A stretch of DNA of 64,000 nucleotides. Source: Promethearchaeota archaeon (GTDB lineage Archaea > Asgardarchaeota > Lokiarchaeia > Sigyniarchaeales > SOKP01). How positions within the stretch are numbered: position 1 is the first letter of the stretch; each line of letters opens with the position of its first letter. The notes below the pieces were generated by a model. That model made no database searches and was not told where the DNA came from. It saw nothing but the letters and a program-made list of their open reading frames with translations. Both the position numbers and the translations under genes were made by a program. Shown piece after piece: positions 51,719 to 60,180 of this stretch. The DNA lies in the NCBI GenBank assembly GCA_030603385.1, contig JAUVXW010000005.1, forward strand, positions 1 through 64,000, read 5' to 3'.

Positions 51719-52768
51719 ATGCTACGCGAAATATTTATAATTTTAAATGATAAATTGATCTATCAGAGGAGTTATGCCAAAGGATTAGATACTTCTCTTT
51801 TTACAAATGTATATCAAAAAGTTAAAAAAGTAGCATTTTCTAAGTTTGGAAGCGAAACTGGAATATATGAATTTTTTGAGTATAAACTCTCATATATAGT
51901 CAATGAGAATTCTGATTTAGTTTTACTTTTTGTATCTGGATTAGGCGATGATTTTAAAGATATTGAACCCCAACTGAAAAAATTCAAAAAAGAATTCTTA
52001 GAATATTATGGTGATAGTCTCAAAAAAGATGATTTCGAAATAATAAATGAAGTTTTAGATCCAATAGTTGACAATATCCATAGAAACCTTAAACCTAAAA
52101 TTTCAATTGTTGGGTTTTCTGGAGTTGGGAAAACAACTACTACTAGATTAATAAAATCAGAGGAAATCCCAATGCAACACATTCCTACAATAACAGGTGA
52201 GGTGGCAACCATCAAGATTGGCAAACTAAACTTCTACCTTTGGGATTTCGCTGGCCAAAATCAATTCGATTTTCTATGGGAAAAGTTCATAAGAGGGAGC
52301 GATGCAGTGCTCCTAATGACCGATTCGACACTGGAGAACTTAGAAAAAAGCCGATTCTTTATTGAACTAGTTAATAAGGCGGTGCCTTATGCTCGATTTG
52401 CGGTAATTGCGAATAAACAGGATTTGCCCGAAGCGAAGGAAGTCGAGGACATAGAAAGATTAATGGGCAATAAGACATATGGATTTGTAGCAATAGATAC
52501 TAATAATCGTCCAAAAATGATACGTATAATAGCAGATTTATTAGATATGGATAGAAAAGTATCACCATTATTAAAACCCTTACTTGAGAGAGATAACCTG
52601 ATGGATGAAGCACAGAAGGCTTTGGAAGATGGAGAATTTGGAGAAGCTGCTGCACTTTTTGAAAATATCAGCAATTTGTGTCTCGAATTAGGAGATGACT
52701 CCCTTGCTATTGATTTTCAAAACAAAAGTGAGAAAATAAGTAGTATGTTAAAATCACTTACTAGTTAG
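51719..52768 (+). CDS. Longin-domain / Arf-like small GTPase with C-terminal helical hairpin
   Basis: N-terminal longin pattern (REIFII...LIYQRSY...LVLLFVSG); GFSGVGKT, PTI, WDFAGQ, NKQD. Confidence 0.85.
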   Translation: MLREIFIILNDKLIYQRSYAKGLDTSLFTNVYQKVKKVAFSKFGSETGIYEFFEYKLSYIVNENSDLVLLFVSGLGDDFKDIEPQLKKFKKEFLEYYGDSLKKDDFEIINEVLDPIVDNIHRNLKPKISIVGFSGVGKTTTTRLIKSEEIPMQHIPTITGEVATIKIGKLNFYLWDFAGQNQFDFLWEKFIRGSDAVLLMTDSTLENLEKSRFFIELVNKAVPYARFAVIANKQDLPEAKEVEDIERLMGNKTYGFVAIDTNNRPKMIRIIADLLDMDRKVSPLLKPLLERDNLMDEAQKALEDGEFGEAAALFENISNLCLELGDDSLAIDFQNKSEKISSMLKSLTS

Positions 52769-52804
52769 TAAAACTCAATTTCATTATTGTCTAATTTTCT
52801 AATA

Positions 52805-54472
52805 CTAATTCTTCCAGGTTCTTGTTAAATTTTGTAAAAATACTAAGACTTCTTTATCTCCAAGTGGAATTATATTTGATTGAAAGATTATTTGATTATT
52901 GTCTATTGGTACAATGAATTTCATTTCTTTAGGTTCATTGTCATTTAGAGCTTGTTCTATTTTTTCTTGAGCCTCTTCTGCAGTTTCGAGCGGTAGAAGC
53001 TTATTTATAGGTTTTCCTATAAAGTTTTTTGTAGTAAACATTTGTTCCATTATTGCTTCAATTTTTTTATCTAATTTAATATCTAACAATATACCATTCT
53101 TTGATATTCTGAAAATCGAGAATGGAATATGTTCAAAGAGAATGTTATTCTGTATTTCACTTTGTCGTAGCTCCTCTTTATTTTGCATCCTTTCTATTGC
53201 AGTGCCTAATTCTAACCCAATTGTAATTATTAATTCCATCTCTTCAGGTAATAGCGATCTAGTATCTTTAAAGACCATGTTTAATGAACCAATAATTTCA
53301 AGCTTTGAAAATAAAGGAATTATTGCAGTAGAATTAACTTCTATTCCATCAAAAAATCTTTTAATAACTTCTGGAAAATTATCATTAATAAGTGCTACAC
53401 CTTTAGTAAACACAATATCATAAGGATCTTTGTTAATATCCAATTCACTATGCTGTAGGACAAAATAAGACGGAAAACCTTTATGTACTTTAATTCTTGC
53501 CACATTTTGAGATTTTTCTATTAAATAAATGCTACATCCCTTAAGATCAAATAAATCAATAAAACTATCTCGTATCTTCGCTAACAATTCAGATAAATTA
53601 TTCGCTTGATTAGCTATACTTATGATTCTATTCAAGATATCAGTCTTTTTAACTTGCTCCTTAAGTTTATCTTCAATCAAATGTATATCAGTTATATCAT
53701 GAAATAGATATTGAATAAAATATTGATCTGCCAGTTGTATTTCGTTTACACTAACTTCTAAATACATTTGTGTACCTGTAGATTTTTTTATTCTAGAAAT
53801 AATTGGAGGTGGTTGATCAATTAAATGTTTTACCATATTTCGATCAACTAAACCTTCATCAAACAATTCAAACTCTAATGCCTCAATGCCAATAATGTCA
53901 TCTCTTGTTTTTTCGACTAATTTTTCTCCTTCTAAATTAACATCAACTATTACTCCTGATTCCCGATTCATTATGAAAATAGCATCCCTCGCTGCTTTAA
54001 ATAGAGCCTGATATCGGTGTTCAGCCATTACTAAAGTCTTAATTGCGGGTTTAATTGATTCAAAATAAGAAAAAAAGAAGTTTTTAATTTCATGTAATTT
54101 GTTAGGATCAGCTTTAAAATCTTTGGGTTCATGATCGAAAGCCCTATATGCATCATCAAGTTTTATGATATATTGAGCACATCCGGCTAGAAGTTCATTG
54201 GCAAGCATTAAAGTTAAATTTGTACTTGATTCAGTAACTAGCGACAGTAGAAAACTCTCGTATCCACCTCTAGCAAATGGACTGAGTAGTTTGAAAAACA
54301 AATTTGCTGTTTTTAATTTTCCAAATATATGAATAAATACACCTTTAGTTGGAAGCTCCATTAGTGAAGGAATCTTACTCACAATTTCATCCTCTAATGA
54401 TTGAGGTGCTTTTAAAACTATCTTGGGTCCGTATAGAGGATCGAAACGACTTAAAATTAATGCAACTTCCAA
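52805..54472 (-). CDS. uDENN/longin-like + PAS + GAF + PAS sensor with no kinase output domain
   Basis: LSRFDPLYGPKI N-terminus; RYQALFKAARDAIF...HDITD PAS; GAF (AIIPLFSKLEIIGSL); second PAS ends the protein. Confidence 0.75.
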   Translation of the reverse strand: MEVALILSRFDPLYGPKIVLKAPQSLEDEIVSKIPSLMELPTKGVFIHIFGKLKTANLFFKLLSPFARGGYESFLLSLVTESSTNLTLMLANELLAGCAQYIIKLDDAYRAFDHEPKDFKADPNKLHEIKNFFFSYFESIKPAIKTLVMAEHRYQALFKAARDAIFIMNRESGVIVDVNLEGEKLVEKTRDDIIGIEALEFELFDEGLVDRNMVKHLIDQPPPIISRIKKSTGTQMYLEVSVNEIQLADQYFIQYLFHDITDIHLIEDKLKEQVKKTDILNRIISIANQANNLSELLAKIRDSFIDLFDLKGCSIYLIEKSQNVARIKVHKGFPSYFVLQHSELDINKDPYDIVFTKGVALINDNFPEVIKRFFDGIEVNSTAIIPLFSKLEIIGSLNMVFKDTRSLLPEEMELIITIGLELGTAIERMQNKEELRQSEIQNNILFEHIPFSIFRISKNGILLDIKLDKKIEAIMEQMFTTKNFIGKPINKLLPLETAEEAQEKIEQALNDNEPKEMKFIVPIDNNQIIFQSNIIPLGDKEVLVFLQNLTRTWKN

Positions 54473-54705
54473 GATCTTTCACAGTTTTTAAGTTAATATT
54501 CTCGAATTCTAAGTAAAAATTGAATTATTTAAATTTATTTTTAAGCAATTATTTTTAAATTATTTTACTATTGAATATAGAACTATTATCTTAATGGCTA
54601 ATTGGGTTTTAACTTTAATCTTTAATTGCACTCTTCTTATGTAATAAGATCATTCCTTAATTATTTAAAGCAAATCTTATAAAACGATCTTTTTTTTACC
54701 TTATT

Positions 54706-55365
54706 ATGACTATGGAAGAATATTTACAACCAACAGAGTTTCTTGATTTTGACAAAAGTCGTGTATATAAAAAAGCCATAGAAATTACTAAAGAATTGAA
54801 AACCGATAAAGAAAAAGCGATCGCTCTTTTTTACTGGGTTAGGGATCAAATCAAGTATAATATGTATACATATAATCCAAGTAATAGAGCAAATCTTAAA
54901 GCTTCTGTTACATTACGCAGAAGTAATGGTTTCTGTATGTCAAAAGCCGTACTATTATCTACTTTTGCTCGAGCCGTTGGTATTCCTGCAAGAATCCACA
55001 TGATAGATATCATAAATCATAAAATTCCTAATTGGATTGAAGAATTAATGGGGACTCGGACATTTCATTGTCACGGATATAGTGAATTATATATTGATGG
55101 AATATGGAGAAAACTAACTCCTGTATTTGATAAAGATACAGCAATTAAGGCAGGCTACGTTCCGACAGTAGAATTTGATGGAGAAAAAGACGCCTTGTTA
55201 TCACATCATGATAAAGAAGGAAACCTATTCGTGGAGTATGCCGAAGATTGGGGAATTTATACTGATGTACCCTTAGAAAAAATTAGTGAGATCTTCTCAA
55301 ATAATTATGGGAAAATTTATACTAAATACAAATTTCAAAAACCAGACAAATTAGAAAATTCATAA
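54706..55365 (+). CDS. Transglutaminase-like family protein
   Basis: FYWVRDQIKY, GFCMSKA (Cys), HGYSE (His), PVFD. Confidence 0.88.
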   Translation: MTMEEYLQPTEFLDFDKSRVYKKAIEITKELKTDKEKAIALFYWVRDQIKYNMYTYNPSNRANLKASVTLRRSNGFCMSKAVLLSTFARAVGIPARIHMIDIINHKIPNWIEELMGTRTFHCHGYSELYIDGIWRKLTPVFDKDTAIKAGYVPTVEFDGEKDALLSHHDKEGNLFVEYAEDWGIYTDVPLEKISEIFSNNYGKIYTKYKFQKPDKLENS

Positions 55366-55375
55366 AATTTTGAAT

Positions 55376-56302
55376 TTAAGAAAAATAAAACTCTTTTAAA
55401 CCTAATTCTCGTAAAAATATTTTATATTTCCCTAATTTTCCTCCATAATTACCTGTTGAAATTTTAATAAGCCCCTCTAAATCAATAATTCCCTCAATTA
55501 CTTTTAACATTGTTTTTTCAATGGTTTCAATATCTAAAGCATTAAATACTATTTCTGGAATAGATAATACTCCATCAGGAACCTTAAATTCTTCCAGTGA
55601 GAGCTTGGATTTCAATGTTGGACAATATGGGTGATTTGTTGATGGTCCAATCTCAGGAAAATTTGTTTCAGGTTTAGAACCGGCGGAACATACATCAAAT
55701 GTTGTACAGACATTGTCAATTTCAGCAATTATTCTTACAGCTTCTCTTCCAACCTTTATTCCTGATTTAATTGAATCGCAATATAGCCATAAATTACCTC
55801 CCATAACTCCTGGAGCATAGGAGATTTCTTCCTCTATTATAAAATCATAACCCATCATTATGGGGACCGAAATTAGTTTTCGATTGAAATCTTCTATTAT
55901 CCATTCATATCCATCCCCGCAATGTCCTACATTATTCATCATGTTAAAACTATTTTCAATTGCTTTTGGATAATAATCGAAAACGGCAGTAGTAGGCACT
56001 ACCAGAATGCCTTGTCTCATTCTTCTTCCCAATTGATCATAAAATTTTGCAGTAGCTTTTTTGCCAGTCCCAGTTACCCACAATTGAACAATAGAACCTA
56101 ATCTACCGTCAATAGTTTCACTCTCACTAAGCCACCTTACAATTCCTCCTTCAGCATCCCCAAATACAGTTGAAGGAAGCGCCGTAAACGCGTTTACAGC
56201 CCTAGTTAAAAATTCAGCATCTTGGGCTGTTACCATTAATTGGATACATAGCCCTTCAAAAGCTTCACAATATGCATCTTCAATTATTGCCATTTTCAAC
56301 AC
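55376..56302 (-). CDS. ftr: Formylmethanofuran--tetrahydromethanopterin formyltransferase
   Basis: IEDAYCEAF, ETIDGR, PTTAVFD, GDGYE, GVMGGN, STNHPYCPTL, GNYGGKLG. Confidence 0.92.
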   Translation of the reverse strand: MLKMAIIEDAYCEAFEGLCIQLMVTAQDAEFLTRAVNAFTALPSTVFGDAEGGIVRWLSESETIDGRLGSIVQLWVTGTGKKATAKFYDQLGRRMRQGILVVPTTAVFDYYPKAIENSFNMMNNVGHCGDGYEWIIEDFNRKLISVPIMMGYDFIIEEEISYAPGVMGGNLWLYCDSIKSGIKVGREAVRIIAEIDNVCTTFDVCSAGSKPETNFPEIGPSTNHPYCPTLKSKLSLEEFKVPDGVLSIPEIVFNALDIETIEKTMLKVIEGIIDLEGLIKISTGNYGGKLGKYKIFLRELGLKEFYFS

Positions 56303-56422
56303 TTTATTGTTTGTTTCTTTTAAAATTTCTAGTAATATTTTTATATCTTATAAGATCCAATAAAAATTTAAAATCTATTATTAACTCTTAATTATTAACT
56401 TTAAAAACAGAGCTTAAAAAAA

Positions 56423-57346
56423 ATGCCAAAAGCTATAATTTTATACGAAATAGATCAATCATTTGGACCAAATATATTAGCAGAATATTATTTAAAACAA
56501 GATGATAAAATACCAACAAGTATATTAAGAGAATTTTCTGAAAAACATGTAAAAAAAGGTTATTCGGATGTAACTATTCGCGACGAAAACAATCGCTATT
56601 ATTCAAATATAGTTAATGCTGAGTCAATTGATAAAGAAAATCTCTATTTAGGATTTATATTACAAGAAGGAGAGGATCTTCTCTCGTTAAAAAGCATCTT
56701 TGAAAATATTGAAGGAAAAGTTGTGCAAGACTTTTCCGCTGATAAGAAGGAGATGACTGAACTTCTAAAAGATGGTTTAAATTCAATATTAAGTTTAATT
56801 CAAAAACTCCAAGAACCTAAAATTATAAAAGAAATTTTGAATGAAAGAACGAAAAAAATGCTTGATGATGGTCTTCTCCAAGAAGCAAGAGAATTGATTG
56901 ATATTGGTGAAGAAATTCCTGAAAAACTTGCAGAAGAAGTTAAAGTTGCTGAAAAATTACTAACTGCTAAAGAATATAGAAAAGCAAAAAAAAGTTTTCT
57001 TAAAGCTTCAGAGTTGGCAACACTCGTACAAGAAGAGAAAATTGCTTCTTTTTTAAAAAATAAAGGCGAACAAGTTGGTATGTTCCCTGATTTGCTAAGA
57101 GAACGTGAGAATCTTCAGAAAGAAATAGTAAAAATCACAAGTGAATTTGAGGATAATAAATTACATCTAGATGATTTATTAGTCGAACCGGTAGATAGGT
57201 TAATCGAAATTTCAAATAATTTTGAAGAAAATGAAATAATAAGGGAATTAACAAAATTAAAAAACAATATACAAAGAGTTTCTCGATTAGCAAAAGAATT
57301 AGAAGGATTAAAAAATAAGATAAAAGAAAATTTAACAAATATTTAA
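56423..57346 (+). CDS. uDENN/longin-like N-domain + helical (TPR-like) C-domain protein
   Basis: IILYEIDQSFGPNI N-terminus; YRKAKKSFLKASELA helix pair; coiled-coil end. Confidence 0.55.
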   Translation: MPKAIILYEIDQSFGPNILAEYYLKQDDKIPTSILREFSEKHVKKGYSDVTIRDENNRYYSNIVNAESIDKENLYLGFILQEGEDLLSLKSIFENIEGKVVQDFSADKKEMTELLKDGLNSILSLIQKLQEPKIIKEILNERTKKMLDDGLLQEARELIDIGEEIPEKLAEEVKVAEKLLTAKEYRKAKKSFLKASELATLVQEEKIASFLKNKGEQVGMFPDLLRERENLQKEIVKITSEFEDNKLHLDDLLVEPVDRLIEISNNFEENEIIRELTKLKNNIQRVSRLAKELEGLKNKIKENLTNI

Positions 57347-57347
57347 T

Positions 57348-59165
57348 TTATTCTGATGAATCTTCATCTAGAGTAGGTTCTTCTGTTTTAGGTGGTACAT
57401 ATTCACCAATATCTTTAAAAATAATCTTAGCTATATCCCATCCTCTTTGTGTTGGATATTTTAAGGCATTTTTAATCAATTCTTCTCCAATCTCATTATT
57501 TAACTCTACCCTATGAATATCCGGATTGCCTTTTAGAATCATCTCATACTTTGCGCCTCCAGTCCCTTGGGGTACTATTAGAATTCCATAATCTATTACT
57601 TTTTCTGAAATCGCATCTTTTAAACGTTTTGCAGCGTAATACCCTGCTACTCCCGCGCTTCTATCGAAAGTTTTAATAGATGGAATTTCCAAACCCCATT
57701 TTCTACCTTCTGCTTCGATCAAAGCAGCTAAAGTTTGCGCTCTTTTACCCATCTTAAACTTAAATTCCATTTGAGTTTTATATTTCTTTCCTTTATTATC
57801 ACCCACCATATTAATACACTTTAAAGTAGCACCGGCTACAGATTGAGGATTTACATCTATAGAATATTCTTCTTCTGCCAATATGTCTTCAATTGTCTTT
57901 TTAATAACTTCTCTGGGTTTTGAAAAATCTATTGCTTCTTCTTCAACATCCGATTTAGGTCTAGCAGTTGCAACAATGTCCGCTCCTACTTCTAAAAGCT
58001 CTTCTACAGTCATCTCTTCCATAACCACTTTGTCAATAAATCTTCTGCAAAGTTTGATAGAATTCCTTGGATTTCCTTTAGTCTTTTCATAAATCATTTC
58101 AATTAATTTTTCATTCAAGGGAAATAATGGATATAAAGGAGGATTTAAATTGTTATCCTCCCAAAAACTCTCCATGGATTTGGAGAAAAATATTTTAAGG
58201 TCATTTAGACTGAAAGGTTTTAATTCTTGTTCTGGTTCCATTCTCGAGCGTAATGGGGCGTCTGCTATTTCAATAATTCTTGGCCATATTTCCTTTAACA
58301 CAGCTATAGTAATGACTAATCCTTTCACTTCATTATACAATCTCTTTAAAATTTCCAAAAACTTTCTTTCAGCAACTTCACCTAACATGCGATAGGGCGA
58401 CTCGAGTTCATCAAAATATAGAATTAGAACTTTATCTAAATTCTCCGTGATGATTTTAATAAGGGCTAAGCACACATCATCTTCCTCAACAACAGAATTT
58501 ATTCCTAATTCATTTAATTCCTCATCCTCTAAACCTTCTCCGAGGAGCCATCTTTCTGCTAAAGCCTTCTTATTTTTATCTAATTGATAAGTAACTAATG
58601 CTTTCACACAATCTGCAAAAACACCAGGAAATTCCCTAATACCAACTTGAATTACTTCATCAATTTTAGGTTTTTGAAATAATCCTTTTTTCTCACCGCC
58701 CCACTTTTTAATTAATCTTTCAGAAACAGTATCTAATAGTTCTGCACCGAGTTCCTCGATAATACAAGTATATACATGAAGTAATACTCGAATACTCGCA
58801 GGAGGACTAGGAACATAAACAATTGTCCAATCTACAGGTAAAACGCCTACTTCTATTTCTTGAACTTCTTGTGATTGTTCTAATTTCTTTTTGTTCTCTC
58901 TTTCCTTAACCTTAAATGAGTGGTATGCGTGGGTTTTACCTGAACCCGCGCTTCCCAACAAGGGAATTAATCGGCTACTTCTGTCCCTAGAAGTTTGTTG
59001 TACGAGTCTAAAGACTTCTCGATCTATATAACTCCTTGGCCTAGCAATGTCAACTCTATCTGGGATGTCACCACGACTCACAAAGTTCGAAAAGGGCATA
59101 ATTGGAGCTTCACGTAAAACATCCAAATACATTGCCTTGTCATCGTCACTTAATTCACTATACAT
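57348..59165 (-). CDS. P-loop ATPase (AAA+/STAND-like, BrxD/DUF2791-like features) with extra C-terminal alpha/beta domain
   Basis: Walker A GSAGSGKT, Walker B ILYFDE, RWLLGE, TKGNPR. Confidence 0.75.
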   Translation of the reverse strand: MYSELSDDDKAMYLDVLREAPIMPFSNFVSRGDIPDRVDIARPRSYIDREVFRLVQQTSRDRSSRLIPLLGSAGSGKTHAYHSFKVKERENKKKLEQSQEVQEIEVGVLPVDWTIVYVPSPPASIRVLLHVYTCIIEELGAELLDTVSERLIKKWGGEKKGLFQKPKIDEVIQVGIREFPGVFADCVKALVTYQLDKNKKALAERWLLGEGLEDEELNELGINSVVEEDDVCLALIKIITENLDKVLILYFDELESPYRMLGEVAERKFLEILKRLYNEVKGLVITIAVLKEIWPRIIEIADAPLRSRMEPEQELKPFSLNDLKIFFSKSMESFWEDNNLNPPLYPLFPLNEKLIEMIYEKTKGNPRNSIKLCRRFIDKVVMEEMTVEELLEVGADIVATARPKSDVEEEAIDFSKPREVIKKTIEDILAEEEYSIDVNPQSVAGATLKCINMVGDNKGKKYKTQMEFKFKMGKRAQTLAALIEAEGRKWGLEIPSIKTFDRSAGVAGYYAAKRLKDAISEKVIDYGILIVPQGTGGAKYEMILKGNPDIHRVELNNEIGEELIKNALKYPTQRGWDIAKIIFKDIGEYVPPKTEEPTLDEDSSE

Positions 59166-59416
59166 AAGATTTCATTCCATTAATTTTAATAATATTCCTT
59201 TACTTTCCAATAACTTTACTTTTATTTGGAATATTATATAAGCGTTTACGATATTTGGAAAAACATTTTCTAATATAGATAAAAAATTTTTTTCCTAACA
59301 TTTAAGCTATTATGTATTTATATCTAAATAGACAAATAAAAATTTAAGGTGAAATTTATATCCATGTATTTATATCTTACATTCGCAGAAAAATATTGTT
59401 AACGAGATGATTTTTT

Positions 59417-60085
59417 ATGCCTAAAAAAGATAAATATGATGATGAGGAGGATGAAGATGAGGAACAAGATCCTTTTGAATTTTCCAAATTTTTTGGTGAT
59501 CCAAGTAAATTCTTTTCAGATCCTAACAAGTTTCTCATAGATCCTAATAAAATCTTTGGCTCAAAACAATTTAGACAGCTTTTTAATGATCTATTCGAAA
59601 AAATTTCAAAAAATTTACCACCTGAGTTTCAAAATCTTTCCCCGGAAGATCTTATGAGAGAATTCAGAAAAAATAAGTCTAAATTCGGTTTAAACTCTCC
59701 AATAATGTATGGTTTTAATATTAATATAGGCCCTGATGGTAAACCTACAATAGATTCATTTGGTAATATTAGACCTAAACCAACTTCAGGAGAACCGGTT
59801 GTCAAATCAAAGAGAGAGCCATTAGTCGAAGTTAGTGAAGAAAAAGACCAATTAATTGTGATAGCAGAAATGCCTGGAGTGGATCGCGATGATATCGAAC
59901 TTGAAGCAACAAATGATAGCTTAATTATTTCCACTAAAGAAAAAGCAAGAATGCATTATTATAAAAAAATTAAATTAACTTCAGCCGTAAATTCAGATGT
60001 TGCAAAAGCTCGTTATACCAATGGAATTCTTGAAGTCCGATTGAAAAAAATTGATGAAAAGCGTACAAACATCCAGATTGATTAA
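59417..60085 (+). CDS. hsp20: Archaeal small heat shock protein Hsp20
   Basis: YGFNINIGPDGKP, REPLVEV, AEMPGV, ARYTNGILEV, C-terminal IQID (IxI). Confidence 0.93.
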   Translation: MPKKDKYDDEEDEDEEQDPFEFSKFFGDPSKFFSDPNKFLIDPNKIFGSKQFRQLFNDLFEKISKNLPPEFQNLSPEDLMREFRKNKSKFGLNSPIMYGFNINIGPDGKPTIDSFGNIRPKPTSGEPVVKSKREPLVEVSEEKDQLIVIAEMPGVDRDDIELEATNDSLIISTKEKARMHYYKKIKLTSAVNSDVAKARYTNGILEVRLKKIDEKRTNIQID

Positions 60086-60180
60086 ATTTTTATATAAAAT
60101 TGTGGATAAATATCTACTATCTACATTTAATCTATGGTTTTTTAAATTCTTCTTCCTAAAATAAAAAGATTTATTAGTTA

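Noticed and set aside
50773-52768. Prenylated (CaaX) GTPases as substrates for the prenyltransferase-like protein and CPBP proteases
   Set aside because: Neither GTPase ends in a Cys motif (KDLNQ, KSLTS).
57348-59165. BREX defence system
   Set aside because: Only one BrxD-like ATPase; no PglZ, PglX, BrxC or BrxHI genes nearby.
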